From: Bacteroidales bacterium
GTDB taxonomy: Bacteria; Bacteroidota; Bacteroidia; Bacteroidales; VadinHA17
NCBI GenBank assembly: GCA_035297425.1
Contig: DATGYZ010000022.1
Span: 25,228-89,227 of the forward strand
DNA length: 64,000 nt
Direction: 5' to 3'
Shown here: one piece after another, positions 30,356-39,804 of the stretch
Layout of the letters: every line of letters starts with the position of its first letter
Numbering within the stretch: position 1 is the first letter of the stretch
Position numbers and translations under genes: made by a program
Notes under the pieces: model-generated
Seen by the model: only the letters and a program-made list of their open reading frames with translations
What the model was told of the DNA's origin: nothing
Database searches by the model: none

Positions 30356-31552
30356 TCATGTCCAGTTGAGCAACCTTCTTTCTCCAGTCAGCTCCCTGAC
30401 CTCTGTTATATCCTGGCTGACCTCGACAGTACCGCAGTATTCACCTTTTTCATTCCGCACAGCAAAATAACGGATGTAGATAAGCTTTCCTTTCATCTCT
30501 ATCCAGAAATCAGCATGGTCCTTTTCACCATTCCTGAAAGCTGCTATTATCTTATTAACGGTATCAACACTTTGAGGAGGATGGCAATTCTGGACCTTCC
30601 TTCCCACTATTGAAGCTGACCTCGGGAAGATCCTGTCCTTTGATTCTGAAAAATAGCGTACTTCATCCTTCTCATCTATGAAAGTAATATCTACCGGTAG
30701 CGTATTAAAGATGAGCATGATTTGTTCAGGAGTAAGCAGGCCGGAACCAAGATCCAGGAAGCTTTTACCGGATGACATCTTTTTTCCGGCTATCCTGGCT
30801 GGAGTTTCAATGTAGCACCATCCTTCGTCATGGCTTTGAGCCATCATCTCATCCCAGGTTATTTGCGGAATTGCTTTCATGGCTACCGGGAAAAGTATTT
30901 GCTCTTCCCTGAAAATTACAGGCAGAACAACAAAAAAAAGCTTACCTATCTCTTTATTAAGCAGGTAGTAATCGGGAGAGGTGCCTGCAAGTATCTTGTT
31001 GATCCTCTTCAAAGCCCGTCTGAAATCATCATGAAATGACCACATGAGCTGCAAACAACGATATTCAGGAAAAGTCTTTTCAATATGCGGGAAGAGGATG
31101 TTTTCTTTTTTTATTTAATGAAGCTCATACTCTGCCAGCTTTGACATCAATGAACCGAGGCGTTCGATAAGCTCAGGGTCTTTATCTTTTCCCGGCTTAA
31201 AGATTACTTTGTTAATGGCTTTTATTTCTTCAAGCAGCAACTCAGCTGCACGGTTTTCGAGCATAAGATAATGCAGGAAATGACCTTCCGCTGGTTTGTT
31301 CCACTTGAATGCATTCAATGATCTGTAGAATACATTGAGAATCTTTCCGACATTTACTTTAACTGATTCCAGCGGAAATCCCGAAACAAGAAGCTTATCC
31401 AACACCTGCATTGTTTCTTCGGGTGTAACGTCTCTGATAACAAGCTGATGTTCAATGATGAGCTGTCTTGCGTTTTCTCCATTGATCAGCCGGACCGCAA
31501 AATCAAGGAGCTCTTCGGCCCTGGGATTATTATTGTGTATTAATTCTGACAT
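30356..31552 (-). pseudogene. DUF438-type hemerythrin + PAS domain gene interrupted by an in-frame TAA at 31115-31117
   Basis: Reading through gives ..YELH*IKKENILFPHIE..MWSFHDD..FREEQILFP..LPVDITFID..VQNCHPP, all in one frame. Confidence 0.85.
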
Positions 31553-31594
31553 TTTAATTTTTTATTCACCGATAAAAAAGCCACATACGCGGTC

Positions 31595-32245
31595 TCAATG
31601 CGGGAACTCCTTAATTACATTAAAGACACCATTGATCAGCATCTGTACAGCAATCACTGCCAGTATCAGTCCCATAATACGTGAGATGGCTTTAATAATT
31701 GAAGGAGTCAGTCTTTCTGCAATTCTTTTGCTGAGTACAAACATCATGTAAGTTATTGCGCATACGCAGGCAAAGACAAGAATTATGAGGAGGGTATTTA
31801 AAAAACTATTTCCCTGCCCGACAAAGTTCATTGCAGTAGAAATTGTCCCGGGACCGGCAAGAAGGGGAATGCCCAAAGGGGAAACAGCCATGTCATCATA
31901 ATTATCAATATTCTCTTTCGTGCTTGTTTTCTGTGTCTTCGACTGCTTGCCCTGCAGCAGGTCATAGCCAATGAAAAAGACTATTATTCCACCTGTTATC
32001 TGAAATGCAGGCAGGGTGATGTTGAACAGTCTGAATATAAGGTGCCCGAATAAGCTGAATACTGTAATAATGATGAATGATACAGTTACGGCCCTTAATG
32101 CTACCCTTTTTATAATTCTCCTGTCTTCATCCCCGACCATCGTAAGGAAAACAGGTGTATTGCCAACAGGATTCAAAATGGCGAAGAAACCTACAAAAAC
32201 CGTAGTAATGAAGAGGATAAAATTCGGAATGGATTCCATAATCAA
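31595..32245 (-). CDS. MarC family membrane protein
   Basis: NPVGNTPVF, PLGIPLLAGPG, RIMGLILAVIAVQM. Confidence 0.93.
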   Translation of the reverse strand: MIMESIPNFILFITTVFVGFFAILNPVGNTPVFLTMVGDEDRRIIKRVALRAVTVSFIIITVFSLFGHLIFRLFNITLPAFQITGGIIVFFIGYDLLQGKQSKTQKTSTKENIDNYDDMAVSPLGIPLLAGPGTISTAMNFVGQGNSFLNTLLIILVFACVCAITYMMFVLSKRIAERLTPSIIKAISRIMGLILAVIAVQMLINGVFNVIKEFPH

Positions 32246-32319
32246 ATGAAAAGTAATTTAGCAGCAAAGATATGCAATTTCGATAGCAAGGAGAGTTTGT
32301 GTGGCATACCGGAAAATAT

Positions 32320-32351
32320 AAAAGCCCTCCTGCGCTAAAGCTTCGGAGGGC
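32320..32351 (-). terminator. Terminator-like hairpin downstream of tRNA-Val
   Basis: GCCCTCC...GGAGGGC stem followed by TTTT on the minus strand. Confidence 0.65.
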
Positions 32352-32355
32352 GAAG

Positions 32356-32430
32356 TGGGTTGTACTGGAGTCGAACCAGTGACCCCTACCCTGTCAAGGT
32401 AATGCTCTAAACCAACTGAGCTAACAACCC
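32356..32430 (-). tRNA. tRNA-Val(GAC)
   Basis: GGGTTGTTAGCTCAGTTGGTTTAGAGCATTACCTTGACAGGGTAGGGGTCACTGGTTCGACTCCAGTACAACCCA: cloverleaf, TTC T-loop, anticodon GAC; CCA not encoded. Confidence 0.96.
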
Positions 32431-32509
32431 GTAATTTTATCAAAAATCCATGTTTAACGCTTTCTTATCTGCCTAATGATCAATTATTAAGTGTTTTGAA
32501 TGCATTTCA

Positions 32510-32610
32510 TAAAAAGGTACATTTTTTAATAAAAGGTACATTTGCAACAAAATATACACTACATTTAATCGGCATTTCAAAAAACGTAAAGGTACATGTA
32601 CCTTTTTATA
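32510..32610. repeat. Left-end integrase arm-type site cluster (AAAGGTACAT x4)
   Basis: 32510-32522, 32530-32541, 32587-32597 and inverted 32596-32610; the last two form the palindrome AAAGGTACATGTACCTTT. Confidence 0.75.
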
Positions 32611-32626
32611 ACCCTATGAGAAACAG

Positions 32627-34069
32627 ATGAAACCAAAAAAAGAACTGATCACTGCCCGTCTTCGGGTTTACGGCAAAAATAGCACAAAAATTTCTGAATT
32701 TTGCCAAGTACAATTGGAAATTCGCAACTTTACTGATAAGCCACTAAGGATCAGCGCTAAAACCAATGATTTAAAGCTTCTTCAGCTTAAACCACAACAT
32801 TTGAAGAAGGGGTCTTGCGTTGGGAGAGCCGATGCAAATTTGATTAATGCCCGACTGAATAAACTTAAAGAACAATTGAGATATGTCATGCAGTTTCTCC
32901 AGTATAGCCGAATACCGATTGACAAGCCAACTGTTGAAGATTTCTTGTACCAGAGATATTCTGATGTGTTTTCCTTTTTTACTGAGGTAACTGATGGCGA
33001 AGATGCTGAGCAGTTCTTCAAGTATTTAAACCAGAGTGCCGAAGAAAGCCAGAAAGAAACTCTTGAGAATAATAAATTTCTGACAGAACTTGGTGTATAT
33101 AAAGCGACTGGTTTTATGGAAGGCCTCCGGTTGCATAATTTTGAGAACTGCAGAAAAGAAACCATAATCCCAAATTTTGAAAAGTGGTGCAAATCAATCG
33201 GAGTGTCCGATTTTCCCATAGCAAGATTTGATAAGAAAACATTCGATTCATTCACTCGATTCATGATTGACCAACCAAGAAAAAGATCTAAGGAAGGAAT
33301 GGAGGAGTACTATTCAGTAAAAACAGTTGATAATATGATTAAGGAAGTCCGGATATATCTGAAAGCACTGAAAGATCTTGATTACGGTATAAATGAAACA
33401 GCATTCGACTTCAAATTAGTTAAGGGCAACAAGAGAAATGCTCATATAAAATTTATTAATAATGAGAAAGATAATGTCTTTAGTATAACTGCTTCGGAAT
33501 TGAATAAAATTCGAAATTCAATTAATGATTCAAAAATGCCTGACAAATTAAGACGTGCTGCAACCCTATTCACTCTGCAGACCTTACTTGGTGGATTAAG
33601 GGTATCTGAGTTGAATTTGATAACCAAAGATTCTTTTAAATTGGTAAATGAGCGATATTATTGTTTTATAACGACAAAGAAAACCAAGAAAATGATCGAT
33701 TCTCCGCTGCATTCAGATCTCCTGCCAATTCTTGAAAAAATTAAGTTCAACATTGATGCGATAAAATTCCGGACAGACATTGATTACAGAGCAGCTCTGC
33801 GGGAACTGGCTGAGAAACTTGAATTAAACAGGGATATCGTACAACTTGATAGTAGAGCAAATGCAGATATTCAAGACGTAAAAACCGAAAAACTTTATAA
33901 CCTCTTTACCACAAAGCTTGCTCGTAAAGCAGCAATTACGCTACTATTTGCCACAGGTAAATATTCCCTTGAGCAGATTGCAAAGATGACTAAACATAGT
34001 TTAACCGCAATACAGTACTATGTCGCTGTCCTTAATGATGAGAAAGCTGAGATGATGGGAAGTCTTTAA
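32627..34069 (+). CDS. Tyrosine recombinase/integrase
   Basis: GGLRVSEL (R), TKKTKK (K), TKLARK (HxxR position), TKHS, C-terminal YY; next to a tRNA. Confidence 0.85.
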   Translation: MKPKKELITARLRVYGKNSTKISEFCQVQLEIRNFTDKPLRISAKTNDLKLLQLKPQHLKKGSCVGRADANLINARLNKLKEQLRYVMQFLQYSRIPIDKPTVEDFLYQRYSDVFSFFTEVTDGEDAEQFFKYLNQSAEESQKETLENNKFLTELGVYKATGFMEGLRLHNFENCRKETIIPNFEKWCKSIGVSDFPIARFDKKTFDSFTRFMIDQPRKRSKEGMEEYYSVKTVDNMIKEVRIYLKALKDLDYGINETAFDFKLVKGNKRNAHIKFINNEKDNVFSITASELNKIRNSINDSKMPDKLRRAATLFTLQTLLGGLRVSELNLITKDSFKLVNERYYCFITTKKTKKMIDSPLHSDLLPILEKIKFNIDAIKFRTDIDYRAALRELAEKLELNRDIVQLDSRANADIQDVKTEKLYNLFTTKLARKAAITLLFATGKYSLEQIAKMTKHSLTAIQYYVAVLNDEKAEMMGSL

Positions 34070-34322
34070 TCTCGTGATAGGTACTTATCCCTATTTGCCT
34101 ATCAAATCCTATAATGTCATTACTTCATTTATCTATTATTACTACCAATAGGTTGTTGGGGAAAATAAGAAAATTCTTCTTTGTTAATCATCAATATTTA
34201 ATAACTTGCTTATGTCTGCAGTATGATAGGCAATTGATTGATTCGGATCCTTGTAGGCTTAAGATTAAAAAAATATAATAATAATTAATACTTTCTATTA
34301 ATTAAAATTTTGTATATTTGAA

Positions 34323-34655
34323 ATGATTATTACCTTTGCAGACAATAATTTAAGAAAATATGCCAATGATAACAGATTGGCTGTCAGAAAACTTGGACCA
34401 AAAAGAGCTGAGTTATTTCACCGAAGATTGGAAGATATTTATGATACTGAAAATTTTGCTGGTCTCGAACATCTACCAGGAAGGTACCATCAACTTAAAG
34501 AGAACAAGAAAGGCCAATGGGCATGTGATTTGGATCACCCCTATCGTTTAATATTTGAACCGGCAGTAAAACCTGTTCCTATTGATAAGGACGGAAAAAT
34601 AATCTTAAATGAAATTAAGGCAGCGGAAATCATTAAAATAGAAGATTATCACTAG
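34323..34655 (+). CDS. higB: HigB/RelE-like toxin (killer suppression protein family)
   Basis: LPGRYHQLKENKKGQWACDLDHPYRLIF; ends IEDYH. Confidence 0.85.
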   Translation: MIITFADNNLRKYANDNRLAVRKLGPKRAELFHRRLEDIYDTENFAGLEHLPGRYHQLKENKKGQWACDLDHPYRLIFEPAVKPVPIDKDGKIILNEIKAAEIIKIEDYH

Positions 34656-34667
34656 AAATCATATAAA

Positions 34668-35756
34668 ATGGCTAAGAACGAATATATACCTCAGCTAGTA
34701 CTACATCCATCAGTTACCCTACTTGAGAAGCTGGATGAGATGGGAATGAGCAGGAAAGAATTTGCTCTGCGTACTGAGAAGCCTGAACAAACCATAATTG
34801 CAGTACTGAAGGGAGAAAGTTCAATTACTCCAGAAATGGCTATTCTTTTTGAAAACGTTACAAGAATTCCAGCCAGTTTTTGGATTAATAAACAAGCACG
34901 TTACAATGAATTTAAAGCTCGTGAAAAGCAAATGGAGACAATTAGGTCTGCATCTGAGTGGACCAAACAATTTCCTTATGCTCAAATGGCAAATCTTGGA
35001 TGGGTCCCATCAACAAGAAATCTGGAAGAAAAAAGCATTAACCTATTCTCCTATTTTGGAGTATCATCCAATGTTGCTTGGGAAAACCTTTATATGAAAA
35101 GCGAACTTAAGGTTGCCGCTTACACAACCTTAAAACACACTATCGACCCACATTCAATTTCGGCATGGCTTCGGAGGGGTGAAATTCAAGCAACTGAAAT
35201 TGAAACACCTGCATTTAATCCTAGGATATTCAAACAGAATCTTTACATGATCAAGACAATCATGGCTAAGCAGCCATCTGGCTTTTTCATCAACCTTCAG
35301 AAATTATGCTTGGAGGCAGGGGTAAAGGTTTTTTACACACCAAAATTGCCAAAAGTTCCTTTAAGTGGTTCAACTCGCTGGATTAATGACAATCCTATAA
35401 TACAATTAACTGCACGTTACAACCAGAATGACAGGTTCTGGTTTACATTCTTCCATGAAGCCGGACATATACTTCTGCATGGTAAAAAATATATTTCACT
35501 AGAAAACATCGATTTTTCCGAAGCAGATCCATTGAAAGAACAAGAAGCTCACAAATTTGCAGAAGAATGGACCTTTTCTAGTGACCAGGAAAAAGAAGTA
35601 CTTTCCAGCTTCTCATTAACAGAAGATGACATTATCTCCTATGCTGAAAAATTTAATACTCATCCGGCAATTATAATTGGAAGATTCCATCATAAAGGAT
35701 TAATACCATTCAGTGTTGGAAGAAGATTCATCGTTCCTTTAAATCTGTCTGATTAA
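34668..35756 (+). CDS. higA: HigA antitoxin HTH fused to an ImmA/IrrE metallopeptidase domain
   Basis: HP..LLEKL, ITPEMA..FWINKQ; FWFTFFHEAGH. Confidence 0.88.
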   Translation: MAKNEYIPQLVLHPSVTLLEKLDEMGMSRKEFALRTEKPEQTIIAVLKGESSITPEMAILFENVTRIPASFWINKQARYNEFKAREKQMETIRSASEWTKQFPYAQMANLGWVPSTRNLEEKSINLFSYFGVSSNVAWENLYMKSELKVAAYTTLKHTIDPHSISAWLRRGEIQATEIETPAFNPRIFKQNLYMIKTIMAKQPSGFFINLQKLCLEAGVKVFYTPKLPKVPLSGSTRWINDNPIIQLTARYNQNDRFWFTFFHEAGHILLHGKKYISLENIDFSEADPLKEQEAHKFAEEWTFSSDQEKEVLSSFSLTEDDIISYAEKFNTHPAIIIGRFHHKGLIPFSVGRRFIVPLNLSD

Positions 35757-36328
35757 AACAAAAAAACGAAAGCATTATTAATCTTCTCACCCCGACTGAG
35801 TTAATCAAATGGCCTTGTAAATCAAGTATTTACGAGGCCATTCTCATTAGCAGTACAAAAAGTAGTACAAAAACAATTTATACCTGATTTTTACTTTGCA
35901 TTAATTTAGGTATTTTGAATGCATTGAAAAGGTGAAAATTGATCTAAAATACTTTTGCCAGCTTTTTTAATCTCTTCAGACTATTCAAATTGTTCTTAAG
36001 TTATTCGAGTTAATTTTAATTTGATTGACCTAACATATGCTTGTAGCTGTAAACGATAAGAAAAGGGAAATTCCATATACTTCATTCAAATTGTATTATT
36101 TAATTTTAAGATGAACTATAATGATTAATAATCAGATAGTTGAAGTATTTAATATGTATTCCACGTTATTATTATCAAGATGCATGTATGATAATGAGTT
36201 CAGAGAGGGCCTATGAGTGTATCAAAGGATAGATTTTAAGGTTAACTTTATGTTTTAATGTGGACTATAAGTTAAATATCGTTGGTAAATGAATGTTTTA
36301 ATAAAGATACAAGTCAGAAATTTGAAAA

Positions 36329-38140
36329 ATGTGTACTGAAGAAATCTGCCGGGAATTGCTAACAATAGCTGATTCAGAGCGAGAGGAAATTTTAAGAAAT
36401 TTCCCAACTGAACCAATTCAGAGTTTCGTCATTTTTACTGAAACAATCAGAGTTTTGGATACTTATGCTATTAGTCTCAAATACGAAACTGAAGCAGATG
36501 CAATCAAGTCTCAGAGTCTAGATATAATGAATATGGGGTGGAATCTTGCTGCTTCTAGGTTATTTAAACCAATTCTGATAAAAGGATTCCCAATTTCAGA
36601 GAGCACCGATAAATCGAGGAATTATACTGCCTCTCTACTTTATAATCTTGGATTTACTTCTCTTCTGAAACGAGCAGTTGAGATGATAAAGTCAGGGATA
36701 TTATTGGTCAAAAGAAATGAAGATATCTACACTTTTACAAAATCTCCAATTGCTGATTCTCAGTTTCTTGATTTAATGGAATTCTCATATCTTGAAAAAC
36801 TTGAACAAAAAATTAATGACAATGGTGAAAAAAAATTTGGTGAATGGCAAATAGTAAAACATAGAGACCTACTGAGAACGATTAATTTACCTGGAAACTT
36901 TTTAGCTACAGGTAATGATATAAATCTTCCTGGCTATATAAGGTCAGATATTGAATCGCTTATGGAACCATTTGTCCATCCTTGGGACTCAGGTCATGGA
37001 ATAATGATGGGATATGGGAGTTCACCAGAAATTGACTTCCATTTTTTGGCTAAGGCAACAGAACTTGTTAGAAAATGGCGAGATGAAGCAGGAATTCATT
37101 CTGGGATTAATATTGGTAAATTAAATTGTGGAGAATTAATGGCTGTTGTAATATTCTTGACTAGTTTTCACTTGAAACATATTCAATTTGCATCATTGGC
37201 TTCCAAGAAATTTGCTGAAATATCAATCCCGCAGAGTCTTACAATCTGGAATCCAAAGGAAGAAATGATTCAGGATATATCAGATTTTTCAGGGATGGAG
37301 AGAAGTTTGATATCTGAGGCATTGGATACTATAATAATGAATTCTGAAGATGTTAAATTATTAAATATCTCGACCTCCAAGTTCATGCCACTAATAATAG
37401 ATATGGGAAATGGCTTCGTTCTCAGACCTGTATCCAGTTTAGCTCGAAATCCCTTCTTTTCCATAATTAAAATGTTGGAATATAGGAATCCTGATTTTAG
37501 AAATAATATTTCAAGACCTAGAGAAAATTGGTTTAGAAATGAACTTTACGCAATATTTGCAGGAACAAGATATCAGAAGATAGAGGGCAATATCAATCTG
37601 AAAAAAGGGAAGCATATTATTACCGATATTGATGCTGCAATATATGATAAACTCACAGGTGATTTGGCTTTATTCCAGTTAAAATGGCAGGACTATTTCA
37701 CCAATGATGTAAAAGAATTGAGGAGTAAGGCCAGTAATCTAACAAAGGAACTGGATATATGGGCTGAAAAAGTAACCAGTTGGGTAAATGATTATGGGTT
37801 GAAGGCACTTTCAATGTCTCTAAGATTAAGACCTGTGAAAAATAAACAAGTTTCAGGATTCTATTTATTTGCTCTCTCAAAAAATTCTGCTAGAACTGAA
37901 GGTTATGGCTTCCGAACAGGTGCTGAAAACCTTGCACTTGCAAACTGGCCCCAGTTTGTTAGAAACCGATATGAATCAGGACCAGCTGACAGAGTGTTTC
38001 ACAAGCTATTCGTTACACTAAAGGCACAGGAGCATGGTACAATTACATCAAAACCATTGCCTTTGAAGTTTTGTATTTCAGGGAAAACCATGATTTTTGA
38101 AGACCTATGGAGTACCTTAGATGATCAGAAAGACTCTTGA
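36329..38140 (+). CDS. Hypothetical protein with a C-terminal PD-(D/E)XK-like nuclease motif
   Basis: TDIDAAIYD..LALFQLKW. Confidence 0.6.
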   Translation: MCTEEICRELLTIADSEREEILRNFPTEPIQSFVIFTETIRVLDTYAISLKYETEADAIKSQSLDIMNMGWNLAASRLFKPILIKGFPISESTDKSRNYTASLLYNLGFTSLLKRAVEMIKSGILLVKRNEDIYTFTKSPIADSQFLDLMEFSYLEKLEQKINDNGEKKFGEWQIVKHRDLLRTINLPGNFLATGNDINLPGYIRSDIESLMEPFVHPWDSGHGIMMGYGSSPEIDFHFLAKATELVRKWRDEAGIHSGINIGKLNCGELMAVVIFLTSFHLKHIQFASLASKKFAEISIPQSLTIWNPKEEMIQDISDFSGMERSLISEALDTIIMNSEDVKLLNISTSKFMPLIIDMGNGFVLRPVSSLARNPFFSIIKMLEYRNPDFRNNISRPRENWFRNELYAIFAGTRYQKIEGNINLKKGKHIITDIDAAIYDKLTGDLALFQLKWQDYFTNDVKELRSKASNLTKELDIWAEKVTSWVNDYGLKALSMSLRLRPVKNKQVSGFYLFALSKNSARTEGYGFRTGAENLALANWPQFVRNRYESGPADRVFHKLFVTLKAQEHGTITSKPLPLKFCISGKTMIFEDLWSTLDDQKDS

Positions 38141-38187
38141 AAATTCAAAAAAGTTTAATTTTAATAGTTGCTTAAGGACTTAAAATT

Positions 38188-38601
38188 ATGGCAGATGTTC
38201 ACACACCCTCGGTACGTAGCTATAATATGAGCAAGATCAAAGGTAAAAACACCAGACCCGAACTCAGGGTAAGAAAGTTTCTTCATGCAAATGGATTCCG
38301 GTTCAGACTGTATGATAAAAGATTACCAGGGACACCTGATATTATTCTTCCAAAATATAAAACAATAGTTTTTGTAAATGGTTGTTTTTGGCATGGACAC
38401 GAAAACTGTAAGTATTTTGTGGTCCCAAAAACAAGAACAGAATGGTGGAAGGATAAAATTGTCCAAAACAAAAAAGCCGACAATGAAAACTATGCAAAAC
38501 TTACTGAAATGGGCTGGAAAGTAATTATTATATTTGAGTGTAAACTGAAAAGGGAATTCCGTACTAATACTTTAAATGAACTCGTTGCCAACATATATTG
38601 A
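38188..38601 (+). CDS. vsr: Very short patch repair endonuclease
   Basis: MADVH..RSYNMSKIKGKNTRPE, LPGTPDI, FVNGCFWHGH. Confidence 0.96.
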   Translation: MADVHTPSVRSYNMSKIKGKNTRPELRVRKFLHANGFRFRLYDKRLPGTPDIILPKYKTIVFVNGCFWHGHENCKYFVVPKTRTEWWKDKIVQNKKADNENYAKLTEMGWKVIIIFECKLKREFRTNTLNELVANIY

Positions 38602-39799
38602 TCTTTTTGCAGGAGCTGGTGGGTTATCTGAAGGATTCATAAAGGCTGGCTATAAGCCCATTGCCCATGTGGAAATGGATGCTAATGCCTGTGATACAAT
38701 TAAAACACGACTATCTTACCACTACCTTGTCAAAAATGGTAAAGCAGAATTATATAATCGATATTTATTAAAGGAAATTTCCAGAGATAAATTGTATTCT
38801 TCTGTTCCCAAATCATTACTTGAAACCGTTATCAATTCTGAGATCTCTAGCAAAACAATTCAGGAAATTTTTCAACAGATTGACAAAAAACTAGGAAAAA
38901 GGAGACTTGATGTTATTATTGGGGGACCACCTTGTCAGGCATACTCACTGATTGGTCGGGCAAGAGACGAAAATAATATGAATGGAGATAAGCGAAATTA
39001 TCTTTTTAAATTTTACGCTGAGTTCTTAAAGCACTACAGACCTGAATATTTTGTTTTCGAGAATGTTACCGGTTTGTTATCTGCACAAAATTATCTCAGC
39101 CAATTAATAGGATTGTTCCAGAGCAAACAAGTTGGTTATAATGTTGAGTATAAAGTATTGGATTCCAGCGATTATGGTGTTATTCAGACAAGGAAAAGAG
39201 TTATTATTGTTGGCAAACGTAATGACACATCATTTGAATTCCCCATTCTAATACCTTCATCAAAACCTTGGAAGACTAAGCAGCATATATTTTCTGACCT
39301 ACCACATATCATTCCAGGAGATAACTTAGCATTTACTGAGTATATCGGAGAATCTAATGAATATCTTACTACTTATGGCATCCGAAATGGGTCGGAATTC
39401 ATTACACAGCATAGTGCAAGACCACACAATGGCCGTGACCTAAAGATATACAAAATTGCCATTGAAAAATGGCTATATAAAGGCGAACGGCTAAGATATA
39501 ATGAACTCCCTCTAAGATTAAAAACTCATAACAACGATACTATCTTTCTTGATAGGTTTAAAGTAGTAAATCCTGATGGTCCATCACATACACTTGTTGC
39601 GCATATTGCGAAAGATGGACATTACTACATATATCCTGACCTAGAACAGATCCGTTCCATTTCAGTGAGAGAAGCTGCAAGAATACAATCATTTCCTGAT
39701 GATTATTATTTTGAAGGAGGAAGATCAGCATCATTTAAACAGATTGGTAATGCGGTGCCTCCGCTAATGGCTCATGCGATTGCACTACTATTGAAATAA
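38576..39799 (+). CDS. dcm: DNA (cytosine-5)-methyltransferase
   Basis: DLFAGAGG, GGPPCQ, ENV, QTRKR, REAARIQSFPD, QIGNAVPP. Confidence 0.96.
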   Translation: MNSLPTYIDLFAGAGGLSEGFIKAGYKPIAHVEMDANACDTIKTRLSYHYLVKNGKAELYNRYLLKEISRDKLYSSVPKSLLETVINSEISSKTIQEIFQQIDKKLGKRRLDVIIGGPPCQAYSLIGRARDENNMNGDKRNYLFKFYAEFLKHYRPEYFVFENVTGLLSAQNYLSQLIGLFQSKQVGYNVEYKVLDSSDYGVIQTRKRVIIVGKRNDTSFEFPILIPSSKPWKTKQHIFSDLPHIIPGDNLAFTEYIGESNEYLTTYGIRNGSEFITQHSARPHNGRDLKIYKIAIEKWLYKGERLRYNELPLRLKTHNNDTIFLDRFKVVNPDGPSHTLVAHIAKDGHYYIYPDLEQIRSISVREAARIQSFPDDYYFEGGRSASFKQIGNAVPPLMAHAIALLLK

Positions 39800-39804
39800 C
39801 TATT

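Noticed and set aside
31115..31117. Stop-codon recoding or alternative genetic code
   Set aside because: TAA terminates many normal genes here and is not a Sec/Pyl codon
32329..32335. CCTGCGC as a fourth ECF promoter copy
   Set aside because: No matching -10 element at the required spacing; it lies in the tRNA terminator hairpin
32258..32443. 61-aa ORF on the minus strand
   Set aside because: It is a translation of the tRNA-Val gene and its terminator
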